A DNA stretch of 64,000 nt. Origin: Acanthaster planci (Eukaryota). Below are positions 24,901-38,300 of the stretch, in pieces (positions within the stretch are counted from its first letter, which is position 1; every line of letters begins with the position of its first letter). The translations under genes and the position numbers were made by a program. The notes below the pieces were generated by a model. The model was not told the origin of the DNA and searched no databases. It saw only the letters and a list, made by a program, of their open reading frames with translations. The stretch is taken from assembly GCF_001949145.1 (NCBI RefSeq), contig NW_019091356.1, forward strand, positions 1,364,789 through 1,428,788. The letters run 5' to 3'.

Positions 24901-25053
24901 TTTGTTGACTGGAATGAATGGACAGGTTACATCACACTGTCCTGTGCTCATTCTCCATACGTTGTTGATACATGCCTGTTAATCCACATGTGACGAAGTA
25001 TTTGTCTCTTTTTTTGTTTTTTTGTTTTTAACTTTCGTCACAAAGCGTGGCAG

Positions 25054-26174
25054 GATTTCAGAGAGTTCAGCCATGCCTGATAACTAGGATCTCCCGCACT
25101 GGACATGCCACGTGCTCCGACATGAATGGCAAGTGAGGCAATCTTTTCAGTTGGCTTAATGAAAATACAAGCTATTCAACACATGCAGTTATGCACAACA
25201 TTTGATTGTAGGGTAAATTCAGNNNNNNNNNNNNNNNNNNNNNNNNNNNNNNNNNNNNNNNNNNNNNNNNNNNNNNNNNNNNNNNNNNNNNNNNNNNNNN
25301 NNNNNNNNNNNNNNNNNNNNNNNNNNNNNNNNNNNNNNNNNNNNNNNNNNNNNNNNNNNNNNNNNNNNNNNNNNNNNNNNNNNNNNNNNNNNNNNNNNNN
25401 NNNNNNNNNNNNNNNNNNNNNNNNNNNNNNNNNNNNNNNNNNNNNNNNNNNNNNNNNNNNNNNNNNNNNNNNNNNNNNNNNNNNNNNNNNNNNNNNNNNN
25501 NNNNNNNNNNNNNNNNNNNNNNNNNNNNNNNNNNNNNNNNNNNNNNNNNNNNNNNNNNNNNNNNNNNNNNNNNNNNNNNNNNNNNNNNNNNNNNNNNNNN
25601 NNNNNNNNNNNNNNNNNNNNNNNNNNNNNNNNNNNNNNNNNNNNNNNNNNNNNNNNNNNNNNNNNNNNNNNNNNNNNNNNNNNNNNNNNNNNNNNNNNNN
25701 NNNNNNNNNNNNNNNNNNNNNNNNNNNNNNNGGAAAACTGGGGGGAAATGGTAGCAGGCTCTTCATGGCTCGTAGACCATAGTTCCTTCTTGATTTTGCT
25801 GGGGGCAAAATTTATTCATGTTTTTCAAAACTACAAGAGTGCCGGATGGATTGCATTCAGCTCAGTTTCGCTGGGGAATATACAAACGTGTACATATACA
25901 TGTACACTCTATTCTCAATGTTCACTTTGCTGTGTGGGTCATTGAAACACCAAGGTTTAATCAGTAATGAGTGTCTTCCGACCATTTTGCTCAAATCAAC
26001 CTAGAGTTGGTTTGATCCGAACAAGAAATGTCTTCATGCCGAACGATTGATTGGAAGTGTGAGCAGAAATTTGGCATCCTGAGGGGTTTCAACATTCTAA
26101 GCCTGACATTGGGGAAAAGTTAGAAAAGAAATCATCTGGGGTTGCTGTAAAACTTCAATCAGAGGCGTGGATTT
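25054..26174 (+). repeat. Local duplication, copy 2, interrupted by the assembly gap
   Basis: Both flanks of the N run align to copy 1 (21218-21386 and ~21479-21929). Confidence 0.92.
25223..25731. other. Assembly gap (509 N)
   Basis: Continuous run of N. Confidence 1.
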
Positions 26175-26887
26175 CTCACCCCACTCCCACCCCCCCTAAG
26201 AATTTTCGACTTCCGAAATTCAGGATAACTCACGGAAGTTTAATTGTCCAGGTTTTGCTACTTTTTGTACTTGGTACAAAGAAGCAATGACCAGACTGAC
26301 ATAATCCCAGGTGGCATGGGAGAGAACTCATTCCTTTTTAGTGATTTAAAAGCTTTGTAAAGCCGCATTTTTTTATTGCTGCCCTTCTAACACCCCCCCT
26401 CCCACTTGGTGTTCCATGAAGTTCTTTTTATCCCTCAATCTGGCCCCTGTTAGAAGCCTGTTACTTGATAATAGTCTCTGGAAAGTAAAGTAAATTGAAA
26501 AAAAAACCAAACAACCCCCCCTAAAAAAAACTTACTCAGAACATGCATATTGCTGGTCATAAAATGTAGGTAATAAACGGAGTCAAACATGATGTGGATG
26601 GAGGAGGGGTTGAGATTATTTAGATGACAAAACAGTCATTGTGCTTTGGGAGTTCAATCTCTGCTTGCTTCGTCATAAAATGAATCCCTCAGTTTTGTTC
26701 ATTAAGCATCCCACGTATTCCTCATGCCCTCGTCCTGGCGCTCTCCTTGTGAGGAGAGCTAAACCGATTTTGTAAGGAGTGAGTATACGTATAAAGGAGT
26801 GGTGGCAGCTGTTACCCCCTGTCGTGATGGAAAGTTTGAAAGAAGTTATATAATAATGTCTATTTCTTCCCCCTGTATTCAAACTAA

Positions 26888-26999
26888 GGCCGAGTCCGAA
26901 ACGGACTTCAAGAGCTACGGCTAGGCCTATTGTCTACGCGTCTCCAGCATTTCCATTGGAGCGAGGACCTAGCCCTAGACAAGAGATTCGGATGCAGCC
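26888..26999. mobile_element. PIF/Harbinger-like fold-back MITE (112 bp) with a TAA target-site duplication
   Basis: TAA|GGCCGAGTCCGAA ... TTCGGATGCAGCC|TAA (TIR 10/13). Inner inverted blocks TACGGCTAGGCCT / AGGACCTAGCCCTA and CTCCA / TGGAG. A 3 bp TWA TSD with G-starting TIRs fits PIF/Harbinger. Confidence 0.7.
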
Positions 27000-28183
27000 T
27001 AATGAATGAGAAGGTCTGAGCCGATTGCAGTTTTAGCCATTGCTGAAATTAAAATTTCAGCAATGGCTGTGTAGGGCCGTTTGCCAGTACTGAAAGCCCA
27101 GTAATTAGTTCAATAGTGCCACAAAACATCAAATAAGATGCAAAAGAGCCAGAAATTACAGTAATCCAATTTAATTTAAATGCTTCAGGCCCACAATTGG
27201 GGATTGGTTTTGCGAACGAAGCCTGAGACGGAGCCCAAGTTCGAGTATTGGAAAAGGGTCTAGCTCTCCATAGGGAGAGAACTGTCAGTACAGTGTACAG
27301 GCGATAGGAAAGTAAGAAGTTGCCATTGTGTGATTGCATACATTGTGGAGGGCCCAAAACAGGAATAAAACTTACAAAAATGTTAGCGTAAATGTTCATG
27401 CTGGTCTTTGTATGTTCATGTGAGTTGAATGGATTCTTCATTACAGACAAAATTTTCAAATGGTTGAAAATTTTCGTGTGTGATTGAATCTTTTAACAAT
27501 AAAAAGCTTTGGTGTAATTTTTGTTTGAAATTGTCTAATAAATTTAAACAGTTTTCACACTTTCTGGTGGGCTTGGATCTTCTTCCTACATGCTGTTAAT
27601 GACAAACGGTTCTGCCCCCCCCCCCACCCCTAAAAGAGAATAAAATAACAGTGCAATGATCACTCAATTGTCACACACCCAAAAAGTGTGTCATGAGTCG
27701 CACAAAGGGGTGATTCTGTAGAAGGTGCCTTTCCGGTTTTATAATCTGGTTTACAGTTCAGGTTACACAGATGATTTGTTTCTTGTGGCTTAAGTTTTGG
27801 TGAATTGTCACAGTGGTTGCTTTTTAGAGGGCTTACTCATGATTTGTTTACCCTGTCATTTATAAGTTTGTATTCAGAGACAGGTTCTTGGACACCTACT
27901 AGCTTTTAGCTTTTGTTTGCTGTTTGGCTTGTACAGGATGCAATTCTGTCAGTAAGGTGTGTTTTATGGAAATGCCCAGTAATGCCTGTCTTTGTCTGAG
28001 ATCCTGAGGCTTTCTAGTCTCTGTGGTATGACTTTGAATCCTGGTTTGCTGAAGTCACTGAAGCAGCGGTCCATGAATTTCTCAAAATGTGGGCTTGATT
28101 GCACAACCTACTGGAGGCACTGCTTTCATGTCCGCTAAACTTGAACTGCAAGAATTGCCTATGCTAGCTGGCTTAAAAGCAGG

Positions 28184-28353
28184 CAGATTCATTTGTCACA
28201 GAATTAAAATATGCGTTTGCTAAAGTTGGCATTTATCCAGTACATGTTCTTTCTGACAAAACCCCAAACAGATTCATTTGTCACAGAATTAAAATATGCG
28301 TTTGCTAAAGTTGGCATTTATCCAGTACATGTTCTTTCTGACAAAACCCCAAA
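28184..28353. repeat. Exact 85 bp tandem duplication (2 copies)
   Basis: 28184-28268 and 28269-28353 are identical (CAGATTCATTTGTCACAG...GACAAAACCCCAAA). Confidence 0.97.
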
Positions 28354-28997
28354 CTGCTTAAGTCTGATATGGAAATAAAATCCACAAACTCTACGACAGT
28401 TACCCACCCTAAATGTTTAGCAGTGACTGCTCTAACACAACACAGGCATACAACAATTCTCCCCCATGAAGAAAAACGCAGTCATTTCATTTAACACATC
28501 CCACAACCACTCAGTTGAGGAAGCGGGAAACATTTCCTTTCTTCAAGCCACACGTAATCTGACTGTTACCCAAAAAGTGTGCTAAGTTCATAGTTTCAAC
28601 AGTCCCTTCCCCCAACCTTCCCACCCCCTGCAGGACTTTGGAACAGTCCATTTTGCAGTGACTTGAGGAGCGGAGGCCCAGTCATGCATGGACAGATAGC
28701 TATAGCTGCTGCCTATGATCCAACCCTCTACAACGTGAGGCGGAATCTCTCAGTGTGCATGCCTGCCGACTGCTCGGCCGTAACCACACAGGCAAAAACC
28801 GTGCCAGCCGAATGTCTGTAAAAGCTGTCAGGGAGAATCTTGTCCAGTCAGTTAGCATGTGGTAATGAGTGCGTGAGCAGTGACTCAGCTTGGTTCTACT
28901 TGCGGATTCATCCCAAAGCGCACTTTCTTCATCTGTTTGGTGATGCACATTTCTTTCTTCGGGGGAGCCACCACCAACCTTCTTTTTTTTTCAACAG

Positions 28998-29256
28998 CTG
29001 CATCAGAAGTACTCTTTTGACGTATGGGCAAGTTACCAGTCAGTAGTGAGAATTGCATCAACTTGATCAGGAGTTCTTGTTCTTGTCCTGTGTCGCTCAC
29101 CGTGGATGTATAAATTCCTCTTCCTTTTATACTGTGGAACAGAGGCAACACATACTCAACAGTTCGGAGTACATCGCTTATATTTCTTATCAAGAGTACT
29201 CGCCTATTGTGGAACTATATCCTGTCCTTTGGAGATAAGTTACTTCCACTGTTGGG
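28998..29256 (+). other. Candidate non-coding 5' UTR exon of the semaphorin gene
   Basis: Strong acceptor TTCTTTTTTTTTCAACAG ending at 28997 and a consensus donor GG/GTGAGT at 29257, 2.8 kb upstream of the ATG-containing exon. Based on splice signals only. Confidence 0.35.
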
Positions 29257-32045
29257 GTGAGTTTCTGAAATTTGAAGAAAGATCACAAAGCATGATATTC
29301 TGTAATTATAAGTTGAAAAAAATCATCCATTGATTATTGCAAATTATAGAATCTTTTTAATTTGAGTTAATCAGAAGTGTATCAAAAGTATGATTGGAAC
29401 TATCAAAGTTTTTAAATTTAGCTGATAATTAGAAGATCTGAGCTTTTGTGGGTTTGGACCTTCATCTCTTGTGAACAAAACATGATATTCCATCTTAAAC
29501 TCTGTGTCAATGTTGGTTGTCGTTACATCATCACATTTGTTAGGCATAAAGTCTGAAATGACAGTGAACATTGGATTTGTGAAATGTCAAAAGGGAACCA
29601 TAATCCCTCTCTGAAGTGTAGCTAATTTGAATGCCACACTTGAGGTGATGTGGAGGCAGGAGAGATGGAATTGGCTCTCCAAATTTGTAAGATCGACACG
29701 ATGACTTCACTCTCACCCACGTTTCATCGGAATGTTTTCTCCGTCTTGCGTCAAGCAAAATTGCAATTACAGGTTTTCCACGTGGGTGTGTGCATACATA
29801 TGCACTTAGGTATGCACTTGGTATAAAAAATGGCAAACGGTTGTGGTGGTTCTGACAAGAACTGGTGAGTGAGAACTCGACTTCTCAGCTGGGATACTCC
29901 AACCAGAGCAGTGTGGTCAAAACATGGAGTTCACACTCACCGGTTCTTCTCTGAACCACCACCTAACCACTCTCAGAGAAGAGATGAAATCCCACACTGT
30001 GTTACCCGCAAACCTAGAATTCTCTCAGTCTAGCTTCCACCATGCAGAGTTTCAAATCTTACAGAACAGTTTTATTTTGGGGGGCACGAGGTTTGCTTTA
30101 TAAGTTTCTCGTCCATTGATAATTGTGCCGTTGAAAGTGATTTATTGAAAATGGTTCTACAGTAGCATCACACGATACAGAGTTTATATCGAAATCCTAT
30201 TTCAATGGTTGAAGTGCTACATACATATAGTACTGGGGCATTAGCCCATTATGGGTAAGCTTCTCTGGGCTGACAGTGATTTGTGAATTGTGATCCCGTC
30301 TTTTGTGAACCCTAAATCTCTCTCTCTCTGATACATTTTGGCTTCAATCACTCAGAGATCAGAGAATAGGGCGTTGTGATCTTGTGGTTTTTGGTGTTTA
30401 GAGCTCAACACTATAACCGAACAATTGCATGTCGCTAAACACTTTCACAGTGTATACACTCTGTGATACATATGCTGCAAAGCACAGCATGCGGAAGCAA
30501 AGACTTGGTGCATAACCGTTTTAACTAGTCCCTCATTCAAGCACAAGGAAGTTAGTACTTGCACCTGTACCTCGCCCAGTATACAGGCTGTCTGAATAAA
30601 AAGGGCAACATCGCGATCAGCTGTGTCAAATTTGGAAGATATTTGGATGAACCTGCACACATACCAGAAACGTTTTTGCCCTCGGTGTGCGCCGCTCACC
30701 TGAAGGCTGTGAATGCACAGTTGTACTCTTCTTACAAAGATGGCGTCCCATGAGAGAGATCTATAGGCTTGCCCAGTCGGTGAACCTGTGACAGGACTCA
30801 ATCAGAAAAGAATTAAATAGGCTTGCGTATTAAAAAATTTGAAAATTTAGAGCGAGAGCGAGTGAGACCAGGCCATCTCAGATGCCATTGATTGGATGCT
30901 AATGTCATTCTTCTTGTCAGTAAATTTTTGGCCAGCAGTCTTGCTGAATTTACCAAAATCCGTTGCAAAGTGGTGTTACATCTTTCTCATCTTTCTCTTT
31001 CGCAAAATCTTTTGACAACAGCTGCTCAATTCCACAGCTCTTAATTCACCACAACACTATTGAACCAATGCTTTGCTTTCTGATAATGATTTAGGCAGGT
31101 GGGAATCTTTAAACCTTTTGTAAAAGAATGAGTTTGTTCGAACCCAAAAAGGCAAAGCCGTTTCACATCAAGTAGACCACAAAATATGGAGCTACCATGT
31201 ACAAGAACTCATACAAGTGGCTATCGCATCACGTTGTAATTTGAAACCAATAAAAACCCCTCCAAAATACCTTTATCTTCATCTATCATCAGGCCTTACT
31301 TGAGTACAACCCCCTCATCTCTCCCTAAAACCTCTCCATCAGCAAATGGTATCAGGGCTCTTTCACTGGAGAAATGTCTCTCAAAAATCCCTCTTTCTTG
31401 GAGAGGTTTTTTTTTTCTGTCCTTGTGACCACAGAGAGACTTTTTTGGGGGGGGATTGGGAAGGCTGCCTGCATCGTTGGTTATTTGGGCACAGGTTGAG
31501 TATTGACCCCACTCCATTCCATCACTTTCATTAGGGCATGTGCAGATTGAAGGGATGGCACTTTGCTGAAATATCCAGGGTACCCCAGACTGGAAATACT
31601 GTGGGTGAAAAAACATTGAATTGGGAAGATTGTGAATGGTAGTTTCATTAAAAACATGTACCTACCCGTACTTGAAGCCACGTCAAAAGCAGCTTTGGTA
31701 GGGACAAAGATGGGGATGGGCATTTGTGGCAGACAAACATTTTCTTGACTGCCGCTTTTCGTTGTAGTTGCTGACATTTTGAAACCTTTATTTTTCTTAT
31801 TACATTGATATTTAGAAAGTGATCGATATTAAGAAAGTGATGTTCAGGGCATGTCAATACTTTTCACGGAGGAAAAGCTGCCTGAACAATGTCAACTTTT
31901 TCAACTTTAATTTCTCCAAAATCCAAATCATCTTCAATTTTTTCTGTCATGTTTACTGACAATATGTCAAATGATATCAGAGAAGTTACAGTAATTTGAT
32001 GCTGTTTTGTTAGACATACCAGTTTTATCTTGTCTCTGTTTTCAG

Positions 32046-32202
32046 CTAACACAAACTCAAGAAGTGCTTTGCTCCATCTAACAGAAGTCTTCAAGTAAGA
32101 AAATAAGAGCATTGGACCAACTGTGGGAAGAGGGTTGTAATTGAACTTTCTCCGAGTCAAGCATCGCCTGCACAAATCTTATCACTTGCGATCACAAACA
32201 CA
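32046..32202 (+). other. 5' UTR part of the ATG-containing semaphorin exon
   Basis: Acceptor TTTTATCTTGTCTCTGTTTTCAG ends at 32045. There is no ATG between it and the start codon at 32203. Confidence 0.6.
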
Positions 32203-32308
32203 ATGGCGACCAGACTTGGATTTCTGGGACTTTTTATGGTGACTGTGGCAACAGCAATGGACCAAGACACCTGCTCTCACCCAGTCACACGAGTCATCAA
32301 ACATCAAG
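32203..32308 (+). CDS. SEMA5A: Semaphorin-5 (SEMA5A/B-like) first coding exon with signal peptide
   Basis: Strong start context ACAATGG. Reads MATRLGFLGLFMVTVATAMDQDTCSHPVTRVIKHQ: a hydrophobic signal peptide then a C..HPV motif like the Sema5 N-terminus. The CAAG/GTAAGA donor is phase 1, matching the exon at 58458. Confidence 0.8.
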
Positions 32309-35300
32309 GTAAGATTTCTCTGTCCTTCAGAAAGCACTCTTGCACTCTGTACACTGTAGGCCTGTCGTTACAAACAACTTCAAAGTATGATTCTCTGTTC
32401 AAAATAAGGGAAGCGAAGAGTTTTGCCAGTTGAATGCAGTTTGTCTGTCTGTGCAGTAGATTGCATTGTGACCATGCTCAGCAAAGTCTGGCAACTTTAT
32501 CGTCTCTGTATTAATTCGGGCTGTAAGGTGCATTGTCAGAAGCCCCCTTGTCAGTATCTGCATTCTCCTTATAACCTCTTGGTTTGGAATAGAAAATCAG
32601 TTCACAGCTCTCCTAGACTTTAACAGGAAAGGGTCATACATCTAACCGGTATGCGGGACCCAGTTTCTCCACATGGAGTCACCGCAAGCTGCTTGTACTT
32701 TTTTGATGAGCGGCGAAAGAGTTCTGAGCTGTCCTGACTGGGGACTTTATCAAAACAATACGGCGGCGTACATGTAGATGGGGTATACCCTGCAGGATGC
32801 AGGCCCTCGTCTTTTTGATGTCACAAATGTCGAGTGTTGTACCGGGCACTCACTACCCTGTGACGTACACGTACATTGTGTATGCTTGCTTGTGGAAAAT
32901 AATCTAATATGGCGATGGCGTAAATGCTTTCCAACCTGGGTTGGGCTGTACACACCAAAAGCCAGCACATGGCTTTGCTTTGTAGTGTTTTTTTTTCAGT
33001 TTGCCAGTTGGGCATCTTTCTTCCATTTATCTGCTCTTTTCAAGGCTTCTCGATTGAAAGTGCTTGCGTAATTTGGATAGGAAACTCTATCTGGGACAAA
33101 GCGTTCAACCTGCCATGATGGACTAAAATTGGACCGGCCGAAATGTGCTGATGGATCAATTGTCCGTACCTTAGGATACTTATTGATCCCTTGTTTAGAG
33201 CGCGTTGGATCATAAACTGGAGCGAGGACATTTTCTTGTGAAGGCCCAAACATTGATGAAGGACCACACAGTCAAGGGATGGGCTCCAGCCCTGCTGGGC
33301 ATATACACTGTTGACTGCGGTGGGTAGTTGGTGTGGGGGAAGGAGTCCAGGTCTTGGGGTGTATCGCTGTGTTCAAAGCTGTATGGCTGACAGATGGCGG
33401 TCCTTAGGCACGGCCTTCAGTGACAGATTGGGAAAATCCGACAAAGGGAGAGACACTCCCTAAGTGGGAAGAAATTGCTTGTGGCTGGAGATGAAGGTGT
33501 ATTTTGTGGTTGGTCCAGATTGGCAAGAGTGGCCCAACTTCCTTGAATCAATAGGGAATGGTTGGGACAAATGTTTCTGCCCAACACGCTTATTTCCAAA
33601 GAGTGAAAATTTACTTTTTCTGACTTTTTTCAGTGAAATAGAGTTTTAATGAGACCAGTTTCTTTGTCAAACTCTTTTGCTGTTTGTTAAGGCCATTTTT
33701 TCTCCAAATCATTCCATTCTTTTTTTAGCGGATGATCTGGCAAAATTTCTCAGAGGTGTTGATGGTTAAAAACCATGTCAGGGCAGTTAGAATTGCTGCT
33801 TGTCATTTTGCCACATGGGCCTAGCAGGGTACTGGTATGAAGGATGGCGAATGGCTTGATTGCCCTCCAGATAGGATCTTTATGTTTGATTAAACAAATA
33901 AATGCTATTTGCCCTTAATAGCTTTGTTCAGAAACCCAGTAATGTTCACAGGATGTGGGCATGGCTTTTGCAAAAAAAGGAAAAATGTGGTTACCTTTGA
34001 TGAATCAAGATCATATGGAGATATACTCACGGGTATTATTCTGTGGGCGAACGTGACTGCAGTGCCAAAAAAAAAAAAGTCTTTTAAACTTGGGGACAAA
34101 TTTTTCTCAGAAGGTCGTTTGGACTGATGGAAATAGGAGTGGAGACATGACGTAAATGTAGTAAGAAAATCTGTGTGGAGGGTTGGGCCGAGGGTGAGTT
34201 TTAGACCCTGTGGTCGGTTTCCTGGAGACAACAGCCTGCTGTTCTGAGGAGTGTGTTAGTTTAAGGAGGTCATCTGGGGACTTAAGTTCTTGAGAGGGAA
34301 ACCTCAGCCCTAAGGGTGACTGTTTGTTTTGCTGTTTGGAAATTATACTTAATTTTTTCCCAATGTAAAATGTAATATTTAACATCGTCAGAGAACGATA
34401 ATTTGTAGCAAATTTGGGCTCTACAGCTTCAAAACACAACCACTTCTCACAGTGGTATTATGCATGGGAACCTCACCCTGCTTTCACAGATTTCAACAGA
34501 TTGCATTGTGGGATGCCTGGTGAGATTGCCCAACGTGAATTCAGGGGGACTCAAGTGTTATGTCCATCGATCAGGGGTGATTCAGATATGTAACAAACAA
34601 CAGACTTGTTTCTTGGCTCTTTTTTACTTGCTGTGCCACACCATCTGGTAAGAGCCGACTAGAAGTGTTTGTCGCCCCAACCCGTGAACTTAACAATGCG
34701 GGCCTGAACATGCGAACACGTACGTGGACTTCATTATCCAGATGTTCTTTGCTGACAGAGGACCTCCACAGGCCACACCCAAGCCCGGCAGGTGTCTTCT
34801 GGTTCCATTTTGGGCCGAATACCCTTGACACCTGCAGAGTTTCCTGTGCCTAACTGGCTAATCTGGGGGCAATTTTCTCGCTGGTTTAAACCAAAGCAAC
34901 TGTTGAAAGCCAATTGTCGACTGAGAACACCACTTGACGGCACACGAGGCACAGGTCTCCCGGGTGAATGTAAGCGGAGCAGTTGTGGAAAGAGGTTGAA
35001 TTCAAATGGTCCAAATGATTACACCTGACTTGGCATCAAAATGTACGTGGAATTTTGTGCACAGAAATTTCCCTCAAACCACTCCTTTTTTCTTCAAGTT
35101 GGAAAATTGTGAGGATTCAGAACCTTTGATAAAGTTTTGAGGAGCTCAGTCTGAGTTGACACAGGGAAGAGACAGGTCAGGGACTTGACATCACTCATCA
35201 GCAGGAATGTAAGTCTACTATCTCTGTACACTTGCCCTGTTGGAGATGGTGTTTGTAGCGTCTTACGTAGCAGTAACAGAAAAGGTGGATTTCTCTGTCA

Positions 35301-38300
35301 TTTCAGATTCGTGCCAGGTTTTTGCCGGGCATGGTTTGAAGACTTTTTTTCCCCTGAGTGTTGTGTTTAGTATACAGGGAAAAAAAGGCCATGAAGTAAT
35401 GATGTGCGTGCACAATATGTCCAAAGACTTAGCACACAAGATTTTCTTGAATGATTTAGCATTTCCAGTTAGTTTTGGAAAAACCAGTCCCATAAGCAAA
35501 CATCAGTTTCCTGTAATGAGGCCTAATGTATGCAATAAGAGGGCCACAGAACCACACCTGACAAGGCATTTCACAGGATATTTACAGCATGAGCAATCTC
35601 TGGACTGGCTTTGGAACTAAAAATAAAGTTCGTGGAGTGGTGTACAGATGTCGTGTGGATAAATCGTCCTTGGCAGTTGAACCTTACAAGTGCCCCTTCA
35701 TTTTGCCCCAAATTCTTTGGAATGGTCGGCTTTTCCCCTTGGAATACTTTGGGTCAAAAATATCCCCTGACACATTGAAAACACACTGGAATTTCTTTAC
35801 TTTCACTCCCTTTGGCTTTGCCCGTTCTATCAAATACTACATGTTCTCAAAAGTCAATCAGTCATCTGAACTTGGCCATTTTTTTTTTTTTAATCCTATC
35901 TCATCTTTGATCTTTTTTAGCTCTCTCTGGCTTTGCCAACAAATTTTCAGGTCAGAACCGCCCGGGGATACTGCCTTCAAATTGGTAACTCTGTCATAAC
36001 ATCGATTCAGACTGTGAAGGTTTTGAAAACTAAAGGCCTCTTTGTGTGGGGTTACTGGAAAAGCCCAAAAGTCAAATTCCTCTCTAGGCTGGCTGCTTTT
36101 CCCCCTTTGTGACTTGGAAATATTTACTCAATTTTTGGGTCAAATAGGAGGTTGTTGAACAAATTTCTTTTGGAGGGGACTAGATTTGGAATCAGAGAGG
36201 GGTTCATCGCACCTTTGGAGGCTCTTGGGGGAACTGGGGGTGAGCTGACAACCGGTTTAGGTCGGGGTTTGACTTGGAGTAAAGAGAGAAACCCCTGGTA
36301 ACATGGTTGCACATTTAAGTTGGGTTTCATTTTGACTGCAGTGCCAAGAAGAAAAACGTGTCCCAGCCCAAACTGGTTAGAAACCAGTCGTGGGCAGGGC
36401 ACACCTTGTGAGGGTTTGGCTGGTTGCCAGTACTGGCTAAGCAGACATTCTCTGGGGCAGAGCAAGATTGTTTAGGTCATGAGACTTTATCAAACTTGCG
36501 TGTGGTCATCCAGAATTTGGCTCAAAACATCAGGTCCGTCCGTCAGGAAATGACACTGTCTTCAGTACTGTACATGCAGGACAGGAATGTTTCAAAATAT
36601 GAAACATGTAAGGCTATGATTTGGAAAGTCTTTAGGCCTTTCAACATAGGGCTGAATTGCTTTTAAAGCAACAGCATAGCTCATACACTGCTGGTCATAA
36701 ATTTGAATCATTCTCAGTTTTTCTAAGTTCAATCCCCCAAAAGAGATTTATAAAAGAAATCAACTTGTTTCTGCACAACTCAGTGTCACTGACACCAGAG
36801 TTCCGTCTGATCAGCGGAGACTTCAACCTCAAGAGAGATTAATTGTACCTGGGTGGTGTCAAACCTCAGGGTTGTCCCAGGAACTGGGCACAGAGAGAAG
36901 AGGACAGATGGGTTTAATGTGAACGTGCAGCTCCTCTGGGAGGCTGAGTGGGCTAAGAAGGAACCCCCAGGGGGTGAGGTCTGGGGCCAGATTTCCCCAA
37001 ATGGTTTATGATGTTGTCTTGCCCAGGCTAACATTCATGATGTTGTGGTTCCCCCAAAAATGTGGGGGGGGGGATCTTGTCTTTGCTCTAATTTTGAACC
37101 AAAGTCTGCTAAACTGCATGACCTTTTAAAATATTGACTGACCCCAATCTTCGTCAGCGGATTACCCCATGCAAAGCAGTCCACAATCGAAAGAGAAACT
37201 TAAATTTCTGTGTTTTTTTTTTCAGAATACCACTTAACCGCTTCTTGATCGATGTAATAGGCCTACCTTCCCACTCATTGTGGGTGTTGGGAGGTCTGAA
37301 ACGAGAGAGTCAGAATGTTAAATTAGTACAAAATGGTCATATCTGTTCGGTAAGACCCAAAGACCCAAAAGAGTTGGGTCTTGTGGAAAGGTGCTCTCTG
37401 CACCTGTGCATGTTTTTAATATAAACAATCCACAGGTATATGAGCATGTACAGTAGCAATGCATGTTTCCCACATAGTACCCACTGTGGACTGGTTCCGG
37501 AAGCAAGTTCTCTCTTTTGTCATTCTGTCATTCTGTCATTCATTTGACCGAGGGAGCGAGAGAAACAGCAAAGTAGGCGGGCAACCTTGCTCCCATTTCT
37601 GACGTGACTGGTTTGGTTTCATGGCTATCATTCAGTTTTGTTCTTCATTGCATTGTTTTTTTCACTGTTCACTTGGCCAGACAGCTCAATTTATTTGGTC
37701 TTTTTTGGAGTCTGTTGTTTGGGCACTTGCTTTATGGAGTACTTGACATTGGTTTATTGGGATGTAGGTGTAGTTTGATTGCTAGTCTTTGCTCAAGACT
37801 GGATTTAGATTACATTTATTATTGTCCTGAATTCGGCAGGTCTGCCTGAGAAATTCAGCATGAACTCACCTGTGTGGAAATTGAATCGTAAAATGGTACA
37901 GTGCACTGCTCTTCAGGCTCTCTGATCATTGTCTAATGGGTGTTATATGTGGAAAATTACGCACGCACAAATACAAGCCATACATTTGCTGTGAAACTAT
38001 CCAGTGTTCTTACATGTACACTGAACCACACCAACTCAGTGTGTGAAGAAACTCCTGTGCTCCAGGATGTGTTTAATTAAGAGGACTGGCCCGCCAAATC
38101 ACCAATAAGTTGGTAAATAGAGGCTGAAAGAATTTTTTCCCAGGGCACAGCGGAGTGGGACTATCTTGACTAGGCTGTGTAGAGGAAAATACTTGAGTCA
38201 AATCCGGCCTCAAGTTTCTTCGGCCTCAAGCATTACACACGTACATTTCATGTACATTTGTAATTGCTGTGAGGCTTCATTTTTAGGTCTATGAGAACTT

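Noticed and set aside
25126..25808. Two long ORFs (218 and 210 aa)
   Set aside because: Artefacts of translating through the 509-N gap.
28885..29193. 102 aa minus-strand ORF
   Set aside because: No recognisable family, non-ATG start and no supporting exons.
37518..37541. Short tandem repeats such as (TGTCATTC)3, and 12-18 nt doublets at ~20814, ~38205 and ~59916
   Set aside because: Ordinary slippage duplications with no repeat-spacer regularity, so not CRISPR-like.
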